From a virus (Duplodnaviria; Caudoviricetes): a DNA stretch of 57,076 nucleotides. Position numbers and translations under genes: made by a program. The notes below the pieces were generated by a model. The model had not been told where the DNA came from. It did not search any database and worked only from the letters and a program-made list of their open reading frames with translations. Location of the stretch: positions 1 to 57,076 of IMG/VR virus record IMGVR_UViG_3300017914_001948, one strand, 5' to 3'. Every line of letters starts with the position of its first letter. Position 1 is the first letter of the stretch. Below are positions 1-9,502 of this stretch, in pieces.

Positions 1-358
1 ACTTAATTTAATGTTATTTTATACTAATAATGGCGTTGTGAGTGATAATACCACTGGTTGCTTTTCTGGTGGTTATGAAGAACGAACAGATTACGTAAAA
101 ACAGACGTAATTCAAAAAATTACAATACAAACTACAGGTAACGCTACTGATTTTGGTGATCTGTCTCAGGGCGGTATTTTTGGCCAACAGTGTTCAGATG
201 GCACTACAGGTGTTATAGCCCCTGGCAACGGGGTCACTAGTGATGGCAGGATTGATAAAATAACTATAGGAACTCCATCAAATGCGACTGATTTTGGTGA
301 TATGCTTGGTAACAATAGGCGCTATGAGTCCGCTGGAGTTTCAGGTAATGCAGCATAA
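1..358 (+). CDS. C-terminal part of repeat (beta-propeller-like) fibre/adhesin protein, truncated at window edge
   Basis: Frame open to position 2. ITIQTTGNATDFGDL-type repeats and the C-terminal SGNAA are shared with the two downstream paralogues. Confidence 0.75.
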   Translation, partial: LNLMLFYTNNGVVSDNTTGCFSGGYEERTDYVKTDVIQKITIQTTGNATDFGDLSQGGIFGQQCSDGTTGVIAPGNGVTSDGRIDKITIGTPSNATDFGDMLGNNRRYESAGVSGNAA

Positions 359-364
359 GGAATA
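341..364 (+). repeat. 24 bp near-identical direct repeat with 31671-31694 spanning the fibre-gene stop codon
   Basis: TCAGGTAATGCAGCATAAGGAATA vs TCAGGTAAAGCAGCATAAGGAATA; the first 18 bp also occur at 1826-1843. Confidence 0.8.
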
Positions 365-367
365 GAA

Positions 368-1843
368 ATGGGAAGATCTAGAGATATTGCAAAGTTCTTA
401 TCCTCAACAGAGGCAGAGAATACAGACAACAATGCATTGCTTCACACAGGTTCCAGTGTTGGGGTTGATTCTGCACAGGTAAAGAACATCGGTATCGCAT
501 CATACGATACTTTAGATTCACTTCCAATGTCAGGGTTGGTTGCAGGACAACAGGCATTTGTTGACTCTGCACGTAGATTGTATATCTCAAACGGATCTGG
601 TTGGTTCAATGTCGCCGTTGCAAATGCCACACCTCAATGGGATTCTGGTGGGGAACCAGATGCCTCATACGAGATTGCAGATTCTGCCACACCATTGGTT
701 ATTACCGCACGTGCGATTGATAGTGACAACTCTAATATAAATCTTTTGAATCAAAGTTTTGGTACAGACTCTGCGCAATATATGGTCGATATTAGTAATG
801 ACTCATCAGTCTTTACGTTTACGCCAAAGAGTGCCGATAGTATTGGAATTGAAGTTGGATCAGGAAACTTAACAGATTCCAACGGTGACTTTATCTATAC
901 TTTCAAATGGTCAGATGGTATCAATTTTGTCTCTAAAGCGGTGACTATCTCATACAATCCTACAGGTGGTGCGGCTGTGTGGTATGGTGACAGAGCAGTT
1001 GTCTTTGGTGGTAGTAATAGTAATGAAATTCAATATTATAATATAGCAACGCCAGGCAATGCATCTGACTTTGGCGACTTGACATATAATACTAATAGAA
1101 ACGCCGCAATAAGTGATGCGTCTAGAGGTCTCTTATGTAGTATGCCACCAATATACGGTTCTAGAATAGAATATGTCACAATTAGCACAACAGGCAACAG
1201 TACGTTATTTGGCACACTAATAAATGGTCAAGATTATACTGGGGCGGTAAGTGATGCGTCTAGAGGAGTTATAGGTAGTAAATATAATTCAGGTGCGATG
1301 GAATATGTTACAATACAAACAACGGGTAATGGAGCCGTATTTGGTAATTTAGATCCAACACAGGGGTTTGGTAATAACGGCATGGGTAATGGTAGTGATG
1401 GAACCTACGGCATCTTTGCGGGTAAGGGTGGCGTCCAAGATCTTGAAAATTCAATACAAAGAATAACCATTCAAACTCTTGGTGATGGATCGGACTTTGG
1501 ACAACTTTCTGTGAGAAGAGACCTTTATAGTAACCAAAAAGTGTCAGATCAAACACGAACAGTTTTCGCAGGTGGATACACGAATGCAAATAACAATACA
1601 ATAGATTATATAACTACTGCAACGCCTGGAAATGCGACTGACTTTGGAGATACAATCGCCGCTGTTAGAAGTGTAGGAGGAACATCAAATGGTACAACGG
1701 GGGTTTACAGTGGTGGTTATTCTACCATTACTTCCAACGTTCTTCAGTCAATAACAATTCAAACAACAGGTAATGCCACCGATTTCGGAGACTTAGCAAC
1801 AGCAAAAGGTGAAGCTCCTGCAACATCAGGTAATGCAGCATAA
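368..1843 (+). CDS. Modular virion fibre/adhesin: shared ~190 aa DS-rich N-module plus GNATDFGD-repeat C-domain
   Basis: 491 aa ORF with AAGGA RBS. About 7 repeats of Y.TI.T.GN..DFG.L; N-module paralogous to 1843, 4255 and 30237. Confidence 0.75.
   Translation: MGRSRDIAKFLSSTEAENTDNNALLHTGSSVGVDSAQVKNIGIASYDTLDSLPMSGLVAGQQAFVDSARRLYISNGSGWFNVAVANATPQWDSGGEPDASYEIADSATPLVITARAIDSDNSNINLLNQSFGTDSAQYMVDISNDSSVFTFTPKSADSIGIEVGSGNLTDSNGDFIYTFKWSDGINFVSKAVTISYNPTGGAAVWYGDRAVVFGGSNSNEIQYYNIATPGNASDFGDLTYNTNRNAAISDASRGLLCSMPPIYGSRIEYVTISTTGNSTLFGTLINGQDYTGAVSDASRGVIGSKYNSGAMEYVTIQTTGNGAVFGNLDPTQGFGNNGMGNGSDGTYGIFAGKGGVQDLENSIQRITIQTLGDGSDFGQLSVRRDLYSNQKVSDQTRTVFAGGYTNANNNTIDYITTATPGNATDFGDTIAAVRSVGGTSNGTTGVYSGGYSTITSNVLQSITIQTTGNATDFGDLATAKGEAPATSGNAA
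896..924 (+). repeat. 29 bp identical block shared with 30708-30736 at the end of the N-module
   Basis: TATACTTTCAAATGGTCAGATGGTATCAA in both. Also 638-657 = 30456-30475 and 2041-2060 = 30381-30400. Confidence 0.8.
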
Positions 1844-3372
1844 TGAGTAGATCCTTAGACATTGCCAAAATACTTCGGGCAACAGAATTAGATAATACGT
1901 CAAACAATAGACTTCTTTATGATGGTGAAGATGTTAGAGGTATGGATTCTGCAACTGTACAATCCACAGGTATGCAGTACTACTCTACTCTTGATTCTTT
2001 ACCCACAACAAACCTCGAAGTTGGACTTCTTTCTTTCGTGGAAGAAAACCGTAGACTTTACTTGTCTGACGGCAATGGTTGGTATAACACTGCATATGTT
2101 GCCAGTGCACTTCCCTATTGGGTCACAGAACCAGATTCAACATATGAGATTACTGACTCAGCGACACCTCTGACAATTACTGCACTTGCAAACGATTCTG
2201 ACAATCCACTTCTAGTCAATCAAAGTTTTGGTAGTGACTCACAAGAATTTATGGCCACAGTGACTAATGATTCATCAGTCTTTACATTTACACCTAAGTC
2301 TGCAGATAGTATTTCTCAGTCTGTGATTGCAGGAGACTTGACTGACTCCAACGGTGACTTTATATACACATTCAAGTGGAGTGATGGTGTAAACTTTGTT
2401 GCCAAAGAAGTAATTATTACATATAACACTGGCCCAGCTGGTGGTGGAGTGTGGTATGGTGATAGAGGATTGTTACAATATCAACAACCTTCTAGTCCTT
2501 TTAGTGAATATGCAGGTGTCGTTGATATTACTACAAATGGTAACGCCTCTCAATTCGGTTCATTAGAACCAACAGGTAATTATACATCTGCAGCGAGTGA
2601 TAAAACCATTGGTGTTTGGTGCGGGGATGGGTTGTCAGGTCCTATGTGTTACCTAACCTTTGCAACTTCAGGAAATGCAGTTACCTTTGGAGACGGCAAT
2701 TCATATGGTAATTTGAATACTGGGTTCAATATGCAAAGTAATGGCACATATGGAATGATGATGGGCGGATATCAGGTTGGGGCCAATGCAGGGACTGATG
2801 GACTATCACAAGGTTATCAGACTCAGATTCAGAGGTTTACTTTTGCACAAACATCAACAAGACCTACAGATTTTGGTAATTTGCAAGAAGCAACTTTTTA
2901 TTCAGGTGGTCTATCAAGTGCATCAAAAAGTTTTTGTATTGGTGGATCTACCAGTGATGGCAGAACTACAGATATAGAGATTGCATCGTTTAGTACTGCT
3001 GGAACTTCTACAACATTTGGTAATACATCAGCTGGTTCAACTTGGGCATCGGGACTTAGTGATCAAACAAGAGGTGTTTATGCACTAGGTTATACTGGTA
3101 GTCATAATAATACAATTGAATACATCACTTTAGATACATCTGGCGATGCAACAGATTTTGGTAATATGTTACAATCAAAACGTGCCGTAGGGGCAACAAA
3201 TAATTCAACGAGAGGTATATTCTGGGGTGGTTATACTGGTTCTCAACATCGAAGAAATATTGATGTTATTACGATACAAACAACTGGTAATGCAACAGAT
3301 TTTGGTGATTTGCCGGTCGTTGGTAGCTCGGGAACATACGAAAGAAGTGGTTGTTCTGGGAATGCAGCATAA
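1843..3372 (+). CDS. Modular virion fibre/adhesin paralogue (N-module plus GNATDFGD repeats)
   Basis: 509 aa, TAATG-coupled to the previous gene, same architecture, ends SGNAA. Confidence 0.75.
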   Translation: MSRSLDIAKILRATELDNTSNNRLLYDGEDVRGMDSATVQSTGMQYYSTLDSLPTTNLEVGLLSFVEENRRLYLSDGNGWYNTAYVASALPYWVTEPDSTYEITDSATPLTITALANDSDNPLLVNQSFGSDSQEFMATVTNDSSVFTFTPKSADSISQSVIAGDLTDSNGDFIYTFKWSDGVNFVAKEVIITYNTGPAGGGVWYGDRGLLQYQQPSSPFSEYAGVVDITTNGNASQFGSLEPTGNYTSAASDKTIGVWCGDGLSGPMCYLTFATSGNAVTFGDGNSYGNLNTGFNMQSNGTYGMMMGGYQVGANAGTDGLSQGYQTQIQRFTFAQTSTRPTDFGNLQEATFYSGGLSSASKSFCIGGSTSDGRTTDIEIASFSTAGTSTTFGNTSAGSTWASGLSDQTRGVYALGYTGSHNNTIEYITLDTSGDATDFGNMLQSKRAVGATNNSTRGIFWGGYTGSQHRRNIDVITIQTTGNATDFGDLPVVGSSGTYERSGCSGNAA

Positions 3373-3375
3373 ATA
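3368..3375 (+). promoter_or_regulatory. Possible T4-type late promoter variant (CATAAATA)
   Basis: One mismatch to TATAAATA, 30 nt upstream of the 3405 gene. Confidence 0.45.
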
Positions 3376-3404
3376 GTACATCACAACTTTATAATAGGTA
3401 GATT

Positions 3405-4286
3405 ATGAACGAACTTACAAATAAAACACAAAACACTGAACTACAAGCAACTGATCCTGTAACCTTTGGTATCACACCAATATCAAAGAGTAAAATCAAT
3501 CCACAGGCAGTGGCAATCGTGAATGAGTTCTTACCAGAACTAGACGAAAAAACGAAATACTTTGATAGAAATAACTCACAGTCAACTCTATCAATGATGT
3601 CTCTGACAATGTTGAACGGACATTCGCCTCACAGAATGTTACGACAAGTTCTTGCAGAGACAGAGAAAAGAAAAATGGCACTTGCACAATCGCAGGTCTC
3701 ACATGCGAAAGCACTTGAGAAGATACAGAAGATACAGGATAAACTATTTCTAGATCCAGACAACCCAGTACTCAATGCAAAATTACGTGAATCATTTGTA
3801 AGTATTGAGATGATGGAAAGTAAGATTAACGGATCTTTCAAAGACATTGCTACACTGATTACGGCGTACAACAACTTGAAAGAAACACATGGAATTGATG
3901 ATTGGTCAGAAGAGGAGTTTGAACAATCAGAAAAGAAACACCATGTTCGTCGTGGTTTTGAATTGATGTATCGTAACTTGATGGATGGTGGTCGTGCAAG
4001 TACTGCAACGATTGAGTACATGCAACAGTACGGTGTACACCCTCAAGTCGGGTTGGTAGAAGTGAATGCATATATTCAGGGTGTGAATCAATTGATAAAG
4101 AATCAACAAATTCCACATTCTAATCATCTTGAAGAGTTTCTTGATGCGATGGCTGACAAATATTATAAAGAAGCAGACAAAACAACGCAACGCATTTTCG
4201 GTAAGACCGATATTACTAACACCGAAATTGTAAGTCTAATAGAGAAAAAAGAAGATGGCAAACCTCTCGAACCTGAGACAGACTAA
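3405..4286 (+). CDS. Alpha-helical/coiled-coil hypothetical protein inside the fibre cluster (possible assembly chaperone)
   Basis: 293 aa ORF, charged and helical, composition unlike flanking genes. Function is inference only. Confidence 0.6.
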   Translation: MNELTNKTQNTELQATDPVTFGITPISKSKINPQAVAIVNEFLPELDEKTKYFDRNNSQSTLSMMSLTMLNGHSPHRMLRQVLAETEKRKMALAQSQVSHAKALEKIQKIQDKLFLDPDNPVLNAKLRESFVSIEMMESKINGSFKDIATLITAYNNLKETHGIDDWSEEEFEQSEKKHHVRRGFELMYRNLMDGGRASTATIEYMQQYGVHPQVGLVEVNAYIQGVNQLIKNQQIPHSNHLEEFLDAMADKYYKEADKTTQRIFGKTDITNTEIVSLIEKKEDGKPLEPETD

Positions 4287-6084
4287 ACAGGATCAACAAG
4301 AGACCATTGGTCTTGATTCTGCAGGAGTTCTTGGAATAACTGGTCAGGGTGCAGTGCACTATACGTCACTGGACTCTTTACCTGCGACTGGACTCACTGA
4401 AGGTAGTAAGGCCCTTGTAGAGACAGACGAGTTCAATCGTCTTTATTTGTCAGATGGAAACGGTTGGTACAACGTAGGGTTCAATATTACCTATAGTCCT
4501 AGTTGGGACAGTGCACCACAATCTTCATATACAATTGCAGACTCTGTAACACCTTTGGTGATTACTGCACTCGCTATAGATTCAGACACCCCCAATCTAA
4601 TCAACCAGAGTATTCTAAGTGATTCTGGTCAGTATCTTGTTGATGTTACAATCGACTCTTCGGTGTTTACATTTACACCAAAGTCTGCAGATAGTATTGG
4701 TCAAGAAGTAACTGCAGGTAATCTAACAGACTCTAACAACAACAGTTTTACATACACTTTCAAGTTCTCAGATGGAATCAGTGTTGTGAGTCAAATATCC
4801 AGTTTCATTTATAATCTTGCAGGGGCAGCTGCAAGTGTTGCCGCAAGGTTTGGAGATTATACAAGTAGAATAGATTCTGCAAATGCTAATCTGGATACGA
4901 GTGATGCAAGATACTTGTGGGTTGTCAATACTGTGATGTTGAATGATAATAGATTTATTACTGTATATGTAGATGACGACTATTATCAGTGGGTAATTGG
5001 TGGTAAAATAGATGGTGATACAATCACGGTGGGCGATACTATTGCACTCAACCCAGGCAAACAAGGCAGGTATATTGATCTAGCAACGGATGGTGAAGTT
5101 GCAGTTTGCATATATCAAGATAGACACCCATACTATAGCATCGATCACGGATCAACTGAAGAAAAGGCACAAGAACGTTGGTCGTTTGCAAGAGTCATTA
5201 GATTTACAACTTCAGACGGTCTAGTTTTAGAGAGAGGTTCTTCAAGACAAGCTTGTGAAAACCCAGTCTCAAATACCCCAAATAGAGGATTTAAACCACA
5301 AATTGCATGGGTTGGTGGTAATAATTGGATGTATGTATCTGGAAGATTTTCAAGAGCAGGTATTGGTAATCAGGTCTACGCCAATTATGGTAGTTTCACA
5401 AGAAATGGTCTGACACTTACTAGTTCTAAGGCTTCTACTGCATTGCAAACAGAAAGCTTATCTAGTTGGACATTCTCAGAATTTGATCCCTCAAACAGTA
5501 AAGTACTTGTTTCATACAGAACTAACGCTGGTCAACTCCGTATCATGGTGTTTACAGTGACTCAAAGCACAGGTAACGTTTCACCTAATACAACAGTGGG
5601 AAATAATCCAGGCAACGCTATTTCACAAATCCCTATTGCATCATCTGATGTTAGTATACCATATGACGCTAATGAAGGCAAGTGGGTTTATGTTTATAGT
5701 AGAAATGGTGTAAGACTTCTAACTATTGATGGATCTTCATCTACTGAAACTTACGGTACAGAACATACAATTCTACCAAGTAATGCGCTTGGAGCGAGTG
5801 ATTTAGGGGCACCACCATGTAGTACAAGTGCATACTATCATGCAGGTACACAATCTATTAGACTATTCGCTCGGACATATTTTAACACCGATCTTGCCGT
5901 ATTACCAGTAACCATAAACAGTTCCTCATCTATTTCATTTGACAGTGCGAATGCTTGGATAGTTGATAGTGATTACGGTTCAGGTAGTGTTCAGGTTGCA
6001 TACAACGATAGTTCAGGTAAAGGTGTTGCGTGGAAATATTCTAGTGGATTAAAAGTCGCCTCATATACAGATAACGGAGATTAA
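4255..6084 (+). CDS. Modular virion fibre/adhesin: shared N-module plus an unrelated beta-rich C-domain
   Basis: 609 aa. LDSLP..RLYLSDGNGWYN..FTFTPKSADSIG..YTFKFSDG module, followed by a different domain. Confidence 0.7.
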   Translation: MANLSNLRQTKQDQQETIGLDSAGVLGITGQGAVHYTSLDSLPATGLTEGSKALVETDEFNRLYLSDGNGWYNVGFNITYSPSWDSAPQSSYTIADSVTPLVITALAIDSDTPNLINQSILSDSGQYLVDVTIDSSVFTFTPKSADSIGQEVTAGNLTDSNNNSFTYTFKFSDGISVVSQISSFIYNLAGAAASVAARFGDYTSRIDSANANLDTSDARYLWVVNTVMLNDNRFITVYVDDDYYQWVIGGKIDGDTITVGDTIALNPGKQGRYIDLATDGEVAVCIYQDRHPYYSIDHGSTEEKAQERWSFARVIRFTTSDGLVLERGSSRQACENPVSNTPNRGFKPQIAWVGGNNWMYVSGRFSRAGIGNQVYANYGSFTRNGLTLTSSKASTALQTESLSSWTFSEFDPSNSKVLVSYRTNAGQLRIMVFTVTQSTGNVSPNTTVGNNPGNAISQIPIASSDVSIPYDANEGKWVYVYSRNGVRLLTIDGSSSTETYGTEHTILPSNALGASDLGAPPCSTSAYYHAGTQSIRLFARTYFNTDLAVLPVTINSSSSISFDSANAWIVDSDYGSGSVQVAYNDSSGKGVAWKYSSGLKVASYTDNGD

Positions 6085-6090
6085 AAATCT

Positions 6091-6098
6091 TATAAATA
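6091..6098 (+). promoter_or_regulatory. T4-type late promoter TATAAATA
   Basis: Exact consensus, intergenic, upstream of gp13. Confidence 0.8.
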
Positions 6099-6129
6099 GT
6101 ACCAAACACTTTTAGTTTGGAGACTATTC

Positions 6130-6885
6130 ATGGCGAATCCAACCAGTAGGGATGAACTCATTGATTATTGCAAAAGACGTTTAGGTGATCCAGTTCTGGA
6201 AATCAATGTTGATGAAGACCAGATGGAAGATCGTGTAGACGAAGCATTGCAATATTATCAAGAGTATCATTCCGATGCAACAGTACGTACATATCGTAAA
6301 CATCTTGTGACTGCCGCAGATGTTGCGAATGAATACATCTCGTTACCAAGTAACGTTCTAACAGTATCACGTCTATTCCCTGTCATCTCATCCTTCAGTG
6401 GATCTCGTAACTTCTTCGACATCAAGTATCAAATGATGTTGAATGATATTGCGGATTTGCATAATATGGCAGGTGACCTTGCATACTATGAACAGTTGCA
6501 ACAGTATTTGTCAATTCTTGACTTGAAACTAAACGGAACACCTCAAGTACAGTGGTCACGTCATGAAGATAAACTGTACATCTTTGGTGAGTTCGAAAAC
6601 AAGGACATCAAGGCAGGTGACTATCTCGTCATGGAGATTTATACTACACTAGACCCAGAAGAGGCAACAAGTGTTTGGAATGATATGTGGTTGAAAGAAT
6701 ACACAACTGCATTGTTCAAACAACAGTGGGGCATGAACCTAATCAAGTTTGAAGGTGTACAACTGCCTGGCGGTGTCACATTCAACGGTAGACAATTGTA
6801 TGATGATGGGACGGCAGAGATTGAAAGACTGCGTGAGACTATTCGACTTGAACATGAAATGCCTTCAGACTTCTTTATGGGATAA
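6130..6885 (+). CDS. gp13: Neck protein gp13
   Basis: MANPTSRDELIDYCKRRLGDPVLEINVD start, KQQWGMNLIKFEGVQLPGGVTFNG motif, synteny. Confidence 0.93.
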   Translation: MANPTSRDELIDYCKRRLGDPVLEINVDEDQMEDRVDEALQYYQEYHSDATVRTYRKHLVTAADVANEYISLPSNVLTVSRLFPVISSFSGSRNFFDIKYQMMLNDIADLHNMAGDLAYYEQLQQYLSILDLKLNGTPQVQWSRHEDKLYIFGEFENKDIKAGDYLVMEIYTTLDPEEATSVWNDMWLKEYTTALFKQQWGMNLIKFEGVQLPGGVTFNGRQLYDDGTAEIERLRETIRLEHEMPSDFFMG

Positions 6886-6890
6886 TATAA

Positions 6891-7484
6891 ATGGCTCGTA
6901 ATCTTTACTTCTCAGAAAAAGTCAGATCTGAAATGGACCTCTATGAAAACTTAGTCATAGAGGCACTAAAGATTTATGGGCAAGACGTATATTACCTACC
7001 AAGAGAATTAGTAAACAAAGACGATTTATTAGGCGAAGATCCAACTTCACGTTTCCCAACTTCTCATAAAGTCGAAATGTACATTGAGAACACAGAAGGG
7101 TTTGACGGGGAAGGAGATCTATTCACAAGGTTTGGTGTTGAGATTAGAGACGAGGCCACGTTTGTTGTTGCACGTACACGATTTGGTGCACAGGTTCGTA
7201 GACCAGACAATGAAATCAATACAGACAGACCAACTGAAGGGGATTTGATTTATCTACCCCTTGCAAATAAAATGTTCGAGATTCAACATGTCGAACATGA
7301 ACAACCATTCTATCAGATTGAGAACTTGCCAGTCTACAAGATGCGTTGTACATTATTCGAATACACTGGTGAAGACTTTGACACAAGTATTGATGACATT
7401 CAGGATATCGAAAGAACTGGATCTTATCAGTACACTGTTAGTGTCAAGGCACCTAAGAAAGCAACAGGGACGGCGAGTTTATAA
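6891..7484 (+). CDS. gp14: Neck protein gp14 (conserved core; lacks the usual C-terminus)
   Basis: EALKIYGQDVYYLPRE, EGFDGEGDLFTRFGVEIRDE, RPTEGDLIYLPL, HEQPFYQ motifs. Confidence 0.9.
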   Translation: MARNLYFSEKVRSEMDLYENLVIEALKIYGQDVYYLPRELVNKDDLLGEDPTSRFPTSHKVEMYIENTEGFDGEGDLFTRFGVEIRDEATFVVARTRFGAQVRRPDNEINTDRPTEGDLIYLPLANKMFEIQHVEHEQPFYQIENLPVYKMRCTLFEYTGEDFDTSIDDIQDIERTGSYQYTVSVKAPKKATGTASL

Positions 7485-8698
7485 TGGCATTTCTAAAAAG
7501 TTTATCTTCCATATCCCTTGTAGACTCAGGCGAATACTACACATACCAACCAAACGTAAAGTTTATTGGAGGGTTTCCAGATTCGTCTGATCATATTAGG
7601 TTTGGTAATAACTCTCTTGACATGTCAGAGAATAGTTATACCTATGAGGTTGACTCTAATACAAGTATGGATGGGTTCATTGCCTTTTGGTTGTGGGTAG
7701 ACAGTGGTGGGTTACCAGACTCTGCAGGTGCAAATCTGAAACCGTTATGGGAAATGGGTGAAAACGGAAACGGCGCATTCCGCAGAAGGTTTGGTGTAGA
7801 CAACACTGGTCAGTTGGTTGCCGCAACAAAATTTACAAATGTAAATAATATAACCGATTGGCATAATCAAGGTGCGTCATTAATACAAGAAAATCAATGG
7901 AATCATATTTCACTCAGTTTCTATGGTGCTGATCAAGGTTTTGCTACGAGAAGAGCAGATGTTTATATCAATGGAGTGAGAACTTACTACACAAATTCTA
8001 CATCATTCTCTGGATTTTTTCACGACTCTGATATATTATTTGGATCACAGTTGCAGGGTGATTTTAATGGATCTATTTTCTTCGATTCTCCTACTGGAAT
8101 GTATATGGATAACTTATACTTGGACAGTGTAGGATATCCAAATAATCCAAGTTTATATGATTCTGCAAATCCAAATGACTCTAATGGCGGTGCTTGGAAT
8201 ACATCAACCCTCGCCATTCATCAACACTTTAATAATGATAGTGCACGGGCGACTGCAACAATCGACTCAACCAATCAACAGGTGAATGGTCTCACACTTA
8301 CTTACGGTGGTCTCAACTATATTACTGCACCTGCCTTAGTTATTGAAGGTGGAAGTGCGATAGAAAGTAATTACGAAATTGGTGATACTGTTGAAGAAAC
8401 TCTATCTAGTGGAGTAAAGATAACAGGTGAGATTCAAAATGTCAAGCTAGATTCTGCAGGAGATTCAAGTCGAACATATCACCTTGCACATGTAGGTGCA
8501 GATGATGGTGAATATCACACGTTTACTGTGGGCGGAACTCTAATAAATAAAACAAAGTCTGCAGTGCAGGGTTTGGAAATCACAGCAACAGGTGAAGACA
8601 ATAAGATTTCTGAGAATGAACAGAATGATACATTCGAAGACTTGAGTGATGACTTCCTAGACTTCACAGAAGACAATCCATTTGGAGATCCGCAATAA
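7484..8698 (+). CDS. LamG/concanavalin-like virion protein ending in a gp14-type C-terminus
   Basis: FIAFWLWV...NQWNHISLSF...DVYING LamG-like pattern. Ends DFLDFTEDNPFGDPQ, which resembles the C-terminal motif of marine gp14. Confidence 0.65.
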   Translation: MAFLKSLSSISLVDSGEYYTYQPNVKFIGGFPDSSDHIRFGNNSLDMSENSYTYEVDSNTSMDGFIAFWLWVDSGGLPDSAGANLKPLWEMGENGNGAFRRRFGVDNTGQLVAATKFTNVNNITDWHNQGASLIQENQWNHISLSFYGADQGFATRRADVYINGVRTYYTNSTSFSGFFHDSDILFGSQLQGDFNGSIFFDSPTGMYMDNLYLDSVGYPNNPSLYDSANPNDSNGGAWNTSTLAIHQHFNNDSARATATIDSTNQQVNGLTLTYGGLNYITAPALVIEGGSAIESNYEIGDTVEETLSSGVKITGEIQNVKLDSAGDSSRTYHLAHVGADDGEYHTFTVGGTLINKTKSAVQGLEITATGEDNKISENEQNDTFEDLSDDFLDFTEDNPFGDPQ

Positions 8699-9492
8699 TG
8701 TTTGGAACTTATTTTTACCATGAGAAGATCAGGAAATCCGTTTCATTGTTTGGACGGTTGTTCAATAATATCTATGTAATCCGCAAGAATTCTTCTGGTG
8801 GAGTTTTGAATCAATTAAAAGTTCCACTTGCCTATGCACCTCGTGCAAAGTATCTTGAAAGAATAAACCAAACCCCAGACTTGGATACAGACGAGAAGAC
8901 TGCAATAAAACTTCCTCGTATGTCTTTTGAGATTACAAGTTTTGTTTATGACAATACCAGACAATTGACGAAGATAAGTAACTTCAAGGCTGTAGGATCA
9001 ACTCCTCAACAGAGACAGAAGTTTTATTCACCTGTACCATACACAATTTCATTTGATTTGAATATCTATGCAAAGAATCAAGATGATGCGTTACAGATTG
9101 TTGAACAGATTTTACCAACGTTCAACCCTCAGTACACTTTGACAATCAAACCGTTTCCAGACGATTACCCAGAATTCAAAGAAGACATTCCTATTGCAAT
9201 ATTAGGGGTGAACTTCAGTGATGACTTCGAGGCAGAGTATGGTCAACGGAGAACAATTATATACACATTATCATTTGAAATGAAAGTTTCGTTTTACGGA
9301 CCTATCACTTCAGGTGATGTCATTAGAAAGGCAATCCCACATCTGTATTTGCAAGACCAAGGTGCAAATCTAGATTCGGATCAATTGTTATCTACCATTA
9401 CAGTTACACCAGATCCAACCACTGCAATCGGAATGCCAGACAGCGACTTTGGTTTTGACACGGTAATTGAATTAAAGTTTGATAGTGCGTAA
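8698..9492 (+). CDS. gp15: Tail sheath stabiliser/terminator gp15
   Basis: MFGTYFYHEKIRKSVSLFGRLFNNI, KVPLAYAP, LPRMSFE, DDALQIVEQILPTFNP. Confidence 0.93.
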   Translation: MFGTYFYHEKIRKSVSLFGRLFNNIYVIRKNSSGGVLNQLKVPLAYAPRAKYLERINQTPDLDTDEKTAIKLPRMSFEITSFVYDNTRQLTKISNFKAVGSTPQQRQKFYSPVPYTISFDLNIYAKNQDDALQIVEQILPTFNPQYTLTIKPFPDDYPEFKEDIPIAILGVNFSDDFEAEYGQRRTIIYTLSFEMKVSFYGPITSGDVIRKAIPHLYLQDQGANLDSDQLLSTITVTPDPTTAIGMPDSDFGFDTVIELKFDSA

Positions 9493-9502
9493 GGAGAAGT
9501 AA

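Noticed and set aside
1-3372. GNATDFGD repeats as a CRISPR array or as DGR template/variable repeats
   Set aside because: The repeats are degenerate, in-frame protein repeats. There is no fixed repeat-spacer structure, no adenine-specific variation, and no reverse transcriptase in the window.
7454-7490. Programmed -1 frameshift joining gp14 to the LamG ORF
   Set aside because: No X XXY YYZ slippery heptamer or obvious downstream structure; TAATG coupling explains the junction more simply.
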